Numbered from the stretch's first letter, positions 1 to 12,921 are shown. The stretch is DNA of 64,000 nucleotides from Ruditapes philippinarum (GCF_026571515.1 NW_026863691.1:310001-374000); one strand, 5' to 3'. The notes: generated by a model not told the origin, from the letters alone. Made by a program: numbers and translations.

Positions 1-342
1 GAAGAATCAACATCAATTGTTTATGTGAAATCATACGTATAGAAGTTTTAATTCGGGACATTCATTTATAAGTGCCGTCTGCAGCATTAAGTATTAAAGT
101 AAATTAACTATTCTTAATAAATAACGAATTTTTTATTCAGATTAAACAGTTCTGAGCTATTTCTAGATGTGTAGCTTTATTACAAATTTTTATTAACATT
201 TTACATCTTGGAATAGATTATTTAATTCTTTGTTGAATTTAGTCACGGTTGACTGGTACGCTATTTTTCCGTGTTCACTATTAAAGAGGGTACAAGCGTT
301 AGGCATTTTAATACATTAAATTAAAGGAGATATATACGGAAT

Positions 343-495
343 ATTATGTAGTAGTAGCTTTTTAAGGCTTTGTATTTTGCTACGAGCAGCGGTGGAAAAT
401 TGATATCTCGCAACACCGAAGGTCGAGTGAAATATCAATTTTCCAACGTTGCAAGTAGAAAAATGCATAGCCTCAGAAAGCTACTACAACATAAT
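343..495. repeat. Imperfect ~64-bp inverted repeat (hairpin), probable Crypton-like non-autonomous element end
   Basis: Arm 343-406 (attatgtagtagtagc...ggaaaattgatat) is the imperfect reverse complement of 432-495; spacer contains ccgaaggtcgagtg. Superfamily is tentative. Confidence 0.55.
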
Positions 496-1866
496 TTTAC
501 TTTTATTATATACCTTTTCGTTTTGAGTAAAATGATTTTCATTATACTACACTTCTATAAGAAATTTCAGAAAATGAAAAATAAATTTATGACTGACGGA
601 TGAATACGTAATATATGCAAAACCGGCGACGCCTCTTATAATTTTGGTTCACGTTTCCTACTGCTTACGTTAGACACAGCTAAGATCGGAACCAACGTCA
701 AAAAATAATCCGGCATTTCCAGATATGGTTCTGTATTTGTCACTAACATAATACGGAATTTTCTATCCGTTGGGAGAAAATTTATAGGTATAAAATAACA
801 TTTATAAAACGGTTTTGACACAACTATGACTTGAAAACTCTTGATGATTTCTACTTCAAACTTGTACTTATTTACATAATCATATTAAATCTGGTTCTGA
901 ATGATAAAAAAATACATTGTCCTCATTTGTTGACAATTTATTATTGTGTTATTGTAACTTTGTTATAACCAAAATAAACTTGCAATTTACTACCGGAATA
1001 AACAGTATTTAAATGTTACAGAGAATTTATTTATCTATGTAGAGATAGTGTTCCATTAAAATTATAAGTAAGAGGTTGAAAAGAGCAAAGTAGAAATAGA
1101 ATAGCAGTCACTATAGAAATTAACTGTGTGGAACCAGCCAACTTCTTCAACAGACTACCTAAATATACCTCTACCGGGAGACCACACTACCAAAGGTTTT
1201 TACCTCACGGTCTAGACCGTGACAGGTTGGCAGAGCTATCAATATTTTTTTTTTGAATAAATGGGTTTAAACAGATAACAACAAAAATTTTAATTCTACA
1301 ACCCTGCTTTATTTTGTTAAACAAAATTGTTGTCTTATAAGAAAACAAATGTATTAGATATGCAAAACAAACTGCATTTGAGCTTCATTATATTTAATTT
1401 TAAAAAAAGCGATAAGAAATACAGAGGTAAGCATTTTTTTTCTAAAATAGCACATATGCCTCAATTAAAAGCTAACACTATGGAACAGCTAAAATAAACA
1501 CTGCCATCAAGAAAAACTTCTTACGTACTTAGTACTTACGTCACAGAAGACATATATACATGCAATATTTCTACAAAACAACACATTGTTGATACGTTAC
1601 TCATGAAAAACTAAGAAAATCACGAGTGTTCCATCGAAGCTTTTGAAAACATAAGATAAACTAGGTAAACTAGCAACGCTAGAGTGTCTGAATTATTATT
1701 GAAATCAAGATTTTTTAAAATCATTGTCAGAGCTTATTTATTCATTTCTAAATGTTCAAAAGAAAGAAAGAACAAAAACAGTGTCTAGCCAAAGATTTCC
1801 TAGTTAACTTTAAGAAACTGTATACATTGTATAATGTATATATTAAATAACGTCCACAAGTTTTTT

Positions 1867-2931
1867 TTAGCTCACCTGAGCATGCTCAGGGTGAGCTTTT
1901 AGGATCGATGATTGTCCGTCGTCCGTCGTCCGTCCACATTTAGTTGTTAACACTCTAGCGGTCGCATTTTTGCCTCAGTCATTATCAAACTTGGTCAGGA
2001 TGCTTATCTAGTTGATAGTTCGGATGAGTTCGAACATGGGTCATCTCGGATGAAAAACTAGGTCACAAGAGCTAAAAATAAAAAAACCTTGTTAACACTC
2101 TAAAGGTCACATTTTTGCCTCAATCATCATCAAAGTTGGTCAGGATGCTTGTCAAGGTGATAGCTTGGATGAGTTCGAACATGGGTCATCTTGGATGAAA
2201 AACTAGGTCACCGGAGCTAAAAATAGAAAAACATTGTTAACACTCTAGCGGTCACATTTTTGCCTCAATCATCATCAAAGTTAATCAGGATGCTTGTCTA
2301 GGTGATAGCTCGGATGAGTTTGAACATGGGTCATCTCGGATGAAAAACTAGGTCACCGGAGCTAAAAATAGAAAAACCTTGTTAACACTCTAGCGGTCAC
2401 ATTTTTGCATCAATCATCATCAAACTTAGTCAAGATGCTGTCTAGGTGATAGCTTGAATGAGTTTGAACATGGGTCATCTCGGATGAAAAACTAGGTCAC
2501 TGGAGCTAAAAATAGAAAAACCTTGTTAACACTCTAGCGGTCACATTTTTGCATCAATCATCGTCAACCTTGGTCAGGATGCTTGTGTAGGTGATAGCTT
2601 GGATGAGTTTGAGCATGCTTCATCTCGGATGAAAAACTAGGTCACAGGAGCTAAAAATAGAAAAATCTTGTTAACACTCTAGCGGTCACATTTTTGACAC
2701 AAGTGTCATCAAACTTGATCAGGATGCTTGTCTAGGTACTTGCTCGGATGAGTTCGAACATGGGTCATCTCGGATGAAAAACTAGGTCACAGGAGCTAAA
2801 AATAGAAAAATCTTGTTAACACTCTAGTGGTCACAATTTTGACTCAATTGTCAGAATGCCTGTCTAGGTAATTGTTCGGATGAGTTTGATGGGTCAGGTG
2901 AGCGATCTAGGGCCATCATGGCCCTCTTGTT
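1867..2931 (+). mobile_element. HINE / Helentron-type non-autonomous element with 145-bp tandem core
   Basis: Inserted in a T-run. Subterminal inverted repeats gctcacctga / tcaggtgagc, 5' hairpin, (gtcc/cgtc) microsatellite, ~6.5 units of 145 bp (ttgttaacactcta at 1944, 2089, 2234, 2379, 2523, 2668, 2813), 3' hairpin agggccatcatggccct then cttgttt. Confidence 0.8.
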
Positions 2932-5707
2932 TTCGAAGAATGACCGATTTTATATGTAATGGAAATCTCATAGTCTTTCGTAGTGAGCATCCCCCAACTT
3001 AACTTAGGAGAACTATTAAATGTTATAATCAAAAGTTTTGTTAACAACACAATGCACTCTGTCTCGCCGAGATATATCTGTCAGTAAATTCAAGTTGATG
3101 CCTTCAACAGTTTTTGAGATAATTATGAGCTTAACAAAATCTAAGTATGAAAAAAAACCAAACAAACAAATACAAAAAACCCCCCCAAAAAACAACAAGA
3201 ACAAACGGGACTTTCTAAAATTTATGATAGCTATGATAGCAAGATGTTTCTGCCTCGCCAAGCTATATGAACATGCAAAGTTTGATTTCGATACCTTTCA
3301 TATAAGTATGAAAATTTACAATGGGCAAATACTGAAAATTATGAAAGCCAAAATTAAGATTCATAGTTTTTCACACTTTTCTCTGTCTCACCATGACCTG
3401 TCTATCGATACAAGTTTTATACCATATTGGAGATATGGACAGTATAAAATAAACGTGGCGGGACGTGACATTGCGTGTTTCCAATAAAGCGTCCACAATA
3501 AGTGGTGGGGTTAAAACTTGAAAATTATTGAGCGTCTGAAACAAGTGTGAAAAAGTTAACACTCGTATTCCGAAAATGTCTGAATATTTCCATAGACAAT
3601 AACGAAGAAAACCAAATCAACAGTGTTTGGACATTTTGCATTTGCTAAACTGTACTACTTTCCACTCGGAACGAACGCTGTTTTGCAATGAAACCTCTTA
3701 GTCTTCTAAACTGGCTCCGAAAACGTGACTTGACAAATATGTATTGCTGATGCTCTTGCAACTGCTTTGTAGTTGAAACCATTCGACAGCACGTCCTTTA
3801 TTCCTACAGGTAGCTTTACTAGAATTTAAATTGAAAACATTAAAGTATGTGTTATCTCAATTGAAACTAAATACATATATATACAAAAAAACCCTTAATA
3901 CATAACTGTATACAAAAGTTTATATACAAATAACATGTACTTTGAACTTGGTAGGTGTCCTAAGTTTTTGATACTGAACAAGTGAATAAAGTTTCAATAT
4001 TATATCATAACTGGTTAATGGGACCATATTTCATAAACCTTCTGTCAAAACATTTTAGCTTTAAAAATGGGCATAAGTATGTCAAATTGTGAGTCACTCA
4101 TACGAATCTTGGTCATGTGTTTTAAGTTTCAAAGGAATCGCTAAAATACTTTTTGAGAAACAATTTTTCATAAAAATTCTAAACCATAAATTCAAAGTCG
4201 AAAAAGAGGCATAATTTGATAACAATGCAATTCAGAGATTTCTAACTTAGAGCGTGTTCTAAACAAGTGTGTGAAGTTTCAAAGCTGTATGATTTATTGC
4301 TTTTGAAATACCATGTTTCATGAAACTTTTTAACTACAAATTTCTTTGTCAAAATAAGGCCTATAATTTGGTCTATATTCAATATAAGATGGACGAAGAA
4401 TGAACTACGGGTAAAACCCGATTGAAACTACAGCAAACAACAATGCGAGACTGATTTGGATTTAAAACTGGAACACATTTAAAAAAATAAAGCGTTTGAT
4501 TCATACGCTGAGTATGTCAATTTGAGATTATATATCCCTGTTCCGGACATCAAAATGAAAAATGGATACCCGGTGCAATGCAATGCAAGCAAAGTATTTT
4601 CTTTTCTTAATCAATTAAAAAGGCTTATATAAGAATAACATTCTGTTCATGTATATGAGCCCACATATATTGTTTTTTAAATAAGTCTCCAGGAAACTAA
4701 GGTAAATGAACTTACCTCGTCTGAATCGTTGTCATATTCTGCCACATTTTCCTTGGAAATTATGAGGCAAGCATGTGAGACAATAACAAAATCCAAAAGT
4801 CAAAAATCAAAGTCATAAATCAAGTCATAAGAAAAGAGTAAAATAAATCTATAAGTCGAAACTCAAAAGTGACCCTCCAAGGATTCCATAGAAACCTGTT
4901 TGATCTTTATTTATTAGTTTAACTGGAGTAAGTTTTATTCGATTTGCTATGCAACCTGCAGCAATTTTGTATACCGTATTAAGAAGTGTTATAGGTCTCC
5001 AATTTTTCACGAATTGTTTAGGTTTATTTTCTTTTGGAATACATATTATTACACCTTGTATTTGTGTTTGACTACTCCTCTTATACCACTTACGCCATTT
5101 AATGAAACTTTACAGGATTGATCGGTAGATTAAGTTCTTGTGCACATTACACATATTACACAGGTTTATAGGTTGATTTATTTTTGTCGAGTTACGGCTA
5201 TTTTTAGGCGACACATGCTCTTGTATTGACGAAACGCCTCTTTAAATGTTTTGCATTTATCAGTTTCAGTAAAAGACCGTATGCATCGAAACGCCATGTT
5301 CACATGTCGGTCATTTATTGTAGATTAACCAAATACTTACACAAAGTTAAAGTTAAGACTCTAATGCCACTGATATATCGATATGAACATTGCGACAGAA
5401 CAAATCAAGGTAATTATGCACTACATATTTATTGCAAACAAGTATCAAAAGAGAAATAGAATCCCAGAAGAAAGCCCAAAACGGCAAAATGAAAATGTTG
5501 CAGGCTCGGTTTGATTGAGCTTGTTCATGGACAGTACTTGAAAATGCAAGCTACTGTCTGCTTATTTTAAATTTAGAAACATCCGTGATCATGGAACCTT
5601 TAATGTGACAGGTAAGTGGCATTCCATGAAAAGCGGCGTATGGTCCACTATTCAAAAATAGTTATGCCTTAAACGAGAAAACAATGGGCTGAATTAAACA
5701 GAAAGAA

Positions 5708-5886
5708 TTGAAATTTTTCGCGTTTCGATAGTATAGCGTAAAATGTTTGTCTTTGCGTATCGCTTTCTATACAGTGATTTGTCATGTTTTTCTCGTGCTT
5801 AAGTCGCAATGAACGGTTAATGTATATTGTGTACTGGTCATTCTACCAGACGTTTTCGAGCAGTTAACATATCCAATTTCATATTG
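5708..5886 (+). repeat. Split direct repeat A1
   Basis: 179 bp; 5 substitutions versus A2 (13032-13210) by eye. Confidence 0.95.
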
Positions 5887-5914
5887 TATCCGACCACGTG
5901 TTAACCGGGCAGCC

Positions 5915-7319
5915 ATATCGGAAGAAAATGCACTTCTTTCGCGAATGGAAGAGCTTATCAATGCATAGTTTCAGACATTTGAGGAACGCATAAATTCTAC
6001 TCAGCGTGAGTTGTCGCAAGCACAAATTTCGGCTATCCAGGAGAATTTGGTTTCCGACGGTTATACGTTTAAGAAAAAGGGACATGAGCAGCAGTTTAAA
6101 GTAAATGCTAAAGTGCTTGATAAAATGCAACAATCAGACGGCTACATCCAAGAGGCTGTCAGGGATTCTTCGAATGTCACTGCAGAAAGTGCACGACAAA
6201 AACTAGTCGAAGGTATGAACATTTTGATTTATCGACAAAAATGTATTAAGCTTGCTGATTCTTCTGAACACGGATGGAAGGTGGTACAAGAGTTTGAATC
6301 TCATCCGTTAGCAGACGACGACGAAGATGAGAAGAAAATCGCACGTTCGCAAATACAGGCGGACAGAAAAGCTAGGCAGGAGCGTCGTCTTCGAGCGGCA
6401 CTTTTTGGTTCTTCTCCGTTTTATGGTATGAACCAGTCTTCTTATTCTACCGTTTCCGGGGCACCAGGAGGACATTCAGCGCAGCAGCAGGACAGACGAA
6501 CATGGACGACCTCGAGGAAACCCGGTTCCTGCTTCAAGTGTGGAAGACCTGGTCACTGGCGTGCTGATTGTATAGCACGTGGGATGGTTGAGGGCACTCA
6601 AACTGAGAAATCTGATCAGATAAGTAAAATTTTATTTTGCGGAATTAATGAAAATACAAAAAATAGAAAAAAGCTTGAGAAATTGAATAAACCCTATTTG
6701 TCTAGGTATGGAAATTATAGTAACGGTCTAGAAATGTCACCGGAAGTAGTCACTCCGGTAGGTAGGTTAAGGGAAAACTTAAAGCAATGGAAGGAGGCAT
6801 GTTCTAATGAATATATTATTGATGTTATAGACAAAGGCTATAAGCTGCCTTTTATGAAATTTCCTGCTACTACTGAAATGAAAAATAACAGTTCTGCTTT
6901 AGGGAATTCTACCTTTGTCACTGCAGAAATCCAAAATTTGGTAGCTAAAGGGTGTGTTTCTGAAGTACAGTCGGTTCCGTTAGTTGTTAACCCGGTGACT
7001 GTAGCTTTTAATCGTTCAGGTAAAGCCAGACTGGTACTTGATTGCAGACATGTAAATCCGGTTTTATTTAAATCACAAAGTCGGTACGAAGACCAGTCTG
7101 TTGCTAGGCAACTTTTTTATAAAGGTGATTATGTGTTTTCGTTTGACATTAAAAGTGTATACCACCATATAATGATCGATCGGTCACATAGGACATATTT
7201 AGGTTTTCATTTGACACAAAATGGTCACAAAAAGTATTATGTGTTCAACGTTTTGCCTTTTGGGATATCCACAGCAGGATATATTTTTACAAAGGTTTTG
7301 AGGGTACTTGTAGAAAAAA
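5915..7319 (+). pseudogene. Gag (CCHC zinc knuckle) in frame with N-terminal reverse transcriptase
   Basis: ORF 6011-7327 has CFKCGRPGHWRADC and RT motifs RLVLDCRHVN, FSFDIKSVYHHI, VLPFGISTA. The frame extends upstream to an ATA (probable mutated ATG) at 5915 through a premature TAG at 5966-5968. An extra A in the run 7314-7319 frameshifts the RT. Confidence 0.88.
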
Positions 7320-9761
7320 TGGCGTAGCTTGGGTTTAAGAGTCGTATTATTTTTAGATGACGGCCTTGGTGGCAATCACACTTTTGCTGAAGCTTTGAGA
7401 GATAGTTCTTTCATTAGACAAGACTTCATTGAACGTTCATTGAACGCCGCCTTTCCTTGTTGATCTTGTTTATCATATTTGATAGACTTGGGTTCTTGAT
7501 AGCGGATGAAAAATGCAACTGGCAACCTTGTTTATTTTTAACATGGCTAGGTTACTTCTGGGACATGGAACAGGGAATTTTGAGAGTAACGGAGGATAGA
7601 TTAGAAAGAGCTTTTCAGCTTATAGAACAACTTGTTTTGAAAGTTAGTACAGGACAAGTTTTCATTCCAGTCCGTATGTTGGCATGTTTAACAGGCCAGT
7701 TATTGTCTATGCAATGTGTATTAGGTCCAGTTGTCCGTTTAAAGTCAAGGTCACTTTATCAGTGTATACAATCCAAGGCAAGTTGGAACGCACCTGTTAA
7801 GGTTTCGTCCGAGGTTTTATCGGAATTGATTTTTTGGAAGGAAAATTTGAGGTCACTGAACATGTGTAGTTTTGGACAGATGGAGAGCGTTGATAACGCA
7901 AGCGTCTCCGTTGACGTCATTGATGTAAAAAACGTCTTTGTTGACGCCAGTGGATCTGGATTTGGTAGTTATGTTGATGGAATTGACGATAGTCAATTTT
8001 TTGGCACATGGTCCGAATCTGAGCAGATTTTAAGCTCCACGTGGCGAGAGCTCGAGGCTGTACGGAGGTCTATTTATTCTTCTTTGCAATATCTGCAGGA
8101 AAATAAAGTTTTAATAAATTCAGACAACAGAAATGTATGTTCAATTTTGAAAGTTGGCAGTAAAAAGCCTTATTTGAATGATATTTCTGTGAAAATTTAT
8201 GATGTTTGCAGAAAGCATGACATATCATTGTTTCCTCACTGGATTCCAAGGGAAGATAATTCGGAGGCTGATTTTCTCAGCAGGTGTTTTGACAGTGACG
8301 ACTGGTCAGTTACAGACTGGGTGTTCGATATACTTGAGTCAAAATGGGGTCCTCATTCTTTTGATCGTTTCGCTTACGATTATAATTGTAAATGTTTGAA
8401 ATTCAATTCTAGATGTTGGTGCCCTGGAACAGCCGGTATCGACGCTTTTGCACAAGCATGGGCTGGTGAAAATAATTGGCTTGTTCCGCCCCCGAGATTA
8501 GTTTTGATTACTTTGAACAAAATTAAAAAGGAAAAATGCACGTGCACTTTAGTTGTACCCATATGGCGGTCGGCACCGTATTGGCCCGTTTTGTTTCCCG
8601 ATGGAAAAAATCAAGCCGATTTTGTACTTGAATATGTTCTCTTTCAGCCAGGAATTTTGACAAAAAGGCATAGGAACTCGAAAACGGGACCGCAAATTGC
8701 GGCGCATATTTTCGATCGTGTAACGGTTTTTAAAAACGTTTCTGCTACATCTAAATATCTTGTAGTATAATCCGATTATATGGCCTCTAAAAATATATTA
8801 TCAATTGAACCCAATCTGTCTCTTTTAAAACTGGTCAAATTTTACGGTATTATAAAATAAAGTTTCCTTTTAAAAGGAAAGGCTTGCACAGTGTTGTGCC
8901 TTCATCCCAACCCTTTAAAATTGTTTTTTTTTTAATTTATTATCACAATTTTTTTGAATTACGGTATTTGTATATCATAAAGGGTTTATTTAGTTTTTTT
9001 TTTTTTTTTTTTTGAAAAACGAATATTTTTTGTCAAAACGATTTGAAATCTATTCTCTATTGTATAAAACTAACAAGTGTGCACATTTCATTTCCCCTTT
9101 TTCGCAGAGAAATCATTCGTTTGCTTTATAGACAAATAAATGCACTAAAATACTTCGTTACGTGGTACCAATTAATAAGCTTGTATCAACTACATATGAA
9201 CTATATGTTACACGATCACAAATACGTATAACAGCACGTGGCAAGGTTAATGACATGCATGGGCTATTTTTAGATTACCTCACCGAAAAGTTGAATTGCG
9301 TTCAGTAGATCTAAATATAACTCGATCATGCGTGATTTGTAAACTAATACAGACAAAAAAACAATTATAAAAGAAACTAACTTTTGCGTCTTGAAAAACA
9401 ATTGAAACGGAACAATTTCATTTATAATTTATTACGGTTTAAACCGATAAATCGAGTAAAAATAGAAATCCTATTTTATATTAACAAACTGGGATTACCG
9501 AAATAACTAAAATAGCTTAGATTTCCGTAATATTACTTCGTCTGATTCCGCAGTATGATGGAATCGCCCGAATTGTCACGATTGCAATCGGAACTATATC
9601 GGCTATTATCATTAATCCGAAGAGTGACGGAAAAGGCCGAAAAGTTGCGATTGGCACGATTGCATCTGGTTTCCCGTTCAATCATGCACCAACAGATGTA
9701 AGCAGGAAACCACCTAACCGGAACAAGTTTTCCATATGAAATGGCTTCAAGCCAAAAAGAC

Positions 9762-11595
9762 AAGGAGTGACATCCGCCATTTGTCGCAACGTTTTCGGCA
9801 TGAGTTTTTCCCCTTTGGTTACAATTGATTACTTTTTTATGCCCCCGCCATGTAATGGCCGGGGCATATAGTGTTACCCTGTTCCGTCCTTCCGTCCTTC
9901 CGTCATTCCGTCATTCCGTCCTTCCGTCATTCCGTCATTCTGTCATTCCGTCATCATCAGTTTCCGTTCATTATTTTTGTAAAGGTTGCACACATTCAAC
10001 TCAAATTTGACATATGGATATGTCATGAGAAAATACAGGTCAAGTTCAAATTTGGTCATGGTTCGATGATTTTTGGCTGAGTTATGCCCCTTTTACTTTA
10101 AAATAATATGAAATTTTCAGTTTCCGTTCATTATCTCCATAACGATACAACACGTTCAACTCAAACTTGACATATGGATATGTCATGAGAAAATACAGGT
10201 CAAGTTCGAATTTGGTCATGGTTCGATGATTTTTGGCTGAGTTATGCCCCTTTTACTTTGAAAATAATATGAAATTTTCAGTTTCCGTTCATTATCTCCA
10301 TAACGATACAACACCTTCAACTCAAACTTGACATATGGATATGTCATGAGAAAATACAGGTCAAGTTCGAATTTGGTCATGGTTCGATGATTTTTGGCAG
10401 AGTTATGCCCCTTTTACTTTGAAAATAATATGAAATTTTCAGTTTCTGTTTATTATCTCCCCAACGGTACAACACATTCAACTCAAACTTGACATATGGA
10501 TACATCAAAGGAATGCGCAGGTCAAGTTCAAATTTGGTTGTGGTTCAATGATTTTTGGCAGAGTTATGCCCCTTTCACTTTGAAAATAATATGAAATTTT
10601 CAGTTTCTGTTTATTATCTCCCCAACAGTACAACACATTCAACTCAAATTAGACATATGGATACGTTTTTGGAATGCGCAGGTCAAGTTTAAATTTGGTC
10701 ATGGTTCAATGAATTTTGGCAGGGTAATGCCCCTTTCACCTTGAAAATAATATGAAATTTACAGTTTCTGTTCATTATCTACCCAACAGTGTTACATATT
10801 CAACTCAAATTTGACATATGGATATGTCAAAGGAATGGGCAGGTTGGAATTTGGTCATGGTTATATCCCTTTCACTTTGAAAATAATATAGATACATCTT
10901 GGGAATAAGCAGTTTGAATTTGGTCGTGGTTCAATGATTTTGGACAAACTTATCTTTCTTGAATGTTGGAAAAATTTTGAACTTTCAGCTTCAGCACTCA
11001 TACTTTTGTGGAAATGTATGTAGCCATTATTTTGGCTACAAATATGAAATATGCTATTTTCAAAAGGTCAAGACTGAATAATTTCAGTGCCTTGAACATT
11101 GTATGAAAATGGTTTGTGTTAACATTGAAAAGTTTAAAGGGCTTTGAACTGCAAATGAAAAAAATAATTTGTGCAAACAAATTTGGAACTAAATATTATA
11201 ACATCTGAAATTTTGGCTGCATGCGGGGGCATCCGTGGCATGATGACACATTTCTAGTTTTTCAGAATTTTGTTCCCGTTATTTTTGTCAACTATCAGGT
11301 ACCGTCCGGATATAACGTTAACGGTTTATTGTTTACACATGTTGACATGTAAAGGAGGCATTATAACGGGCGAATTCGTGTATTGATTTGTTAAAATGGA
11401 GAAAACAGACACTTTAGTAATATGGTCCAACTGATTTTGCCTTACTGAAAAAAGGAATATTAAAACATGATCCATAGATAAATATTTTAGGCACTCATCT
11501 GGTATTCATTACTAGAAAAATTAAAACAAAAATCAAGCATATCAAGGGGGATAACTTACGCCGAACGTTGCGGTAAATGGCGGATGTCACTCCTT
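9762..11595. mobile_element. Nested non-autonomous TIR element (ends eroded)
   Basis: ~50-bp inverted repeats aaggagtgacatccgccattt...ccccttt (from 9762) and aagggggataac...ggcggatgtcactcctt (to 11595). No clean TSD. Confidence 0.7.
9835..11258 (+). mobile_element. HINE / Helentron-type element with ~161-bp tandem core
   Basis: T-run insertion; subterminal IR atgcccccgc / gcgggggcat; (tccg/tcat) microsatellite 9880-9957; ~6 units of ~161 bp from 9958; 3' hairpin and ...ttctag end. Confidence 0.82.
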
Positions 11596-11883
11596 TTCTT
11601 TTTTTCAATATACCGTACATTTGACTGATTTTTAAATTAGCAGATTATATTAAATTGAGATTAGATAATTAAAGACCACCCGCTCGCATAATATGAAAAA
11701 ATATTCAAAGGTCGGACAAACTATATATGTAAAGTTGGTACGGATTCGGATTTATGCGCCGCAATATGCGGTCCTGTTCCAGAGTTCCTATGCAAAAAGG
11801 GGCAGAGGGAGAAACGGAATATTTGATGGTAGACCATTGAAGTTTGGTTTTATAGCTTTAATATTTATATAAATTATTTCTTC

Positions 11884-12921
11884 ATGCTTCTGCATTGTTG
11901 TACTTCTTATTCAGGCTTGAGATTGAAGCAGACGATAAACGATGAGCTCACAAGGACCGGGATTGATGACCCTCTTTTGAAGAATCTTGCATCTCAAATG
12001 GCTGATAAACTGTTAGACTCTAGAAGTGACACTACTGTAAATAAATATTTCTCTTATTTCATGAAATGGAAAACATTCATTACGTCTAAAGGAGGGAGTG
12101 CTTTACCTGCTTCACCAGTTTGTATAGCTTTGTATCTAACTGACTTGATGAACAAAGGTTGTTCTAATCACGTGATTTCCTCTACTGTTTATGGAATCAA
12201 ATGGGCACATTCTTTAAACAATCTTCAGGATCCCACAGAGAACCATTTTGTAAAAAACTTAGTTGAAAGTGCTAAACGTACTTTATCTAGACATGTGAAT
12301 AAGAAGCAACCAGTGACTAAAGATCTTTTAATTGAATTGTGTAGTAAATACGAAAGTACAACTGATGTATTAATATTAAGAGATTTGTGCATGATTTTAT
12401 TAGGATTTTCAGCGTTTCTCCGTTTTGATGAAATACGAAATTTGCATTGTAATGACATTACGTTCCATGACGATTATTTTTCTTTACATATCCGTAAAAG
12501 CAAAACCGACCAATACAGGCACGGAAGTGACGTGGTTGTTGCTAAGGGCGACACAATCGCTTGTCCTTATTCTATGCTAAGACGATATTTCGTAGAGGCT
12601 AACATTTTTTCTGCAAATTCTCATTTTTTGTTCAAGCCGTGTTTCAGAACGCGAGGTATTTCTAAGCTCATTTATAAAGATAAACCGCTCAGTTACACTC
12701 GAGCTCGGGAAACGCTTTTACATAGATTACGTGAAATCGCCGGCAATGTTGATTTCGGGTTACATTCTTTAAGAAGCGGTGGTGCTACGGATGCTGCAAA
12801 TGCTTCTGTCAGTGATCGTTGTTGGAAACGTCACGGTCGTTGGAAATGCGATAAGAGCAAAGACGGCTATGTTGCCGATTCACTAGAGAGAAGGTTAGTC
12901 ACGAAACAGCTAGGTCTATAA
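11884..12921 (+). CDS. Tyrosine recombinase (YR) of the PAT-like retrotransposon
   Basis: 345-aa open frame with catalytic set: FLRFDE (R), RKSKTDQY (K), HSLRSGGAT (HxxR), HGRW, DGY (Y). Confidence 0.93.
   Translation: MLLHCCTSYSGLRLKQTINDELTRTGIDDPLLKNLASQMADKLLDSRSDTTVNKYFSYFMKWKTFITSKGGSALPASPVCIALYLTDLMNKGCSNHVISSTVYGIKWAHSLNNLQDPTENHFVKNLVESAKRTLSRHVNKKQPVTKDLLIELCSKYESTTDVLILRDLCMILLGFSAFLRFDEIRNLHCNDITFHDDYFSLHIRKSKTDQYRHGSDVVVAKGDTIACPYSMLRRYFVEANIFSANSHFLFKPCFRTRGISKLIYKDKPLSYTRARETLLHRLREIAGNVDFGLHSLRSGGATDAANASVSDRCWKRHGRWKCDKSKDGYVADSLERRLVTKQLGL

Larger units (their letters stand above)
8669..11792. mobile_element. Non-autonomous TIR DNA transposon with 8-bp TSD (P-element-like, hAT not excluded)
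   Basis: ~40-bp imperfect TIRs cataggaactc...gcggcgcata / tatgcgccgc...gagttcctatg; TSD caaaaagg at 8661-8668 and 11793-11800. Confidence 0.9.
7320..11872 (+). pseudogene. Remainder of pol: RT active site, RNase H and DIRS-type N6-adenine methyltransferase-like domain (interrupted)
   Basis: FLDD at 7350-7361; 53-bp insert 7427-7479; RNaseH motifs VFVDASGSGFG, SSTWRELEAV, SDN, WIPREDNSEADFLSR; MT-like WGPHSFDRFA...GIDAFAQAW...WLVPPP. Removing 8669-11800 restores TKR|GRGRNGIFDGRPLKFGFIALIFI* ending at 11872. Confidence 0.88.

Noticed and set aside
1944-2880. CRISPR-like array (also 9958-10990 and 44287-44620)
   Set aside because: Head-to-tail monomers with no unique spacers; these are HINE cores and a minisatellite.
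3038-3487. 149-aa ORF
   Set aside because: Low-complexity A-rich sequence, non-ATG start, no motif or splice support.
4718-4752. Possible minus-strand first exon (MWQNMTTIQT, donor gtaagt)
   Set aside because: No downstream exon could be linked; unsupported.
8669-8770. C-terminal 33 aa of ORF 7457..8770
   Set aside because: Read-through into the inserted transposon TIR; the real C-terminus is at 11801-11872.
6011-12921. Prophage, bacterial contaminant or retron-like system (RT + methylase + integrase)
   Set aside because: Gag knuckle, RNaseH and split direct repeats identify a eukaryotic DIRS-order retrotransposon; flanks are spliced eukaryotic genes.
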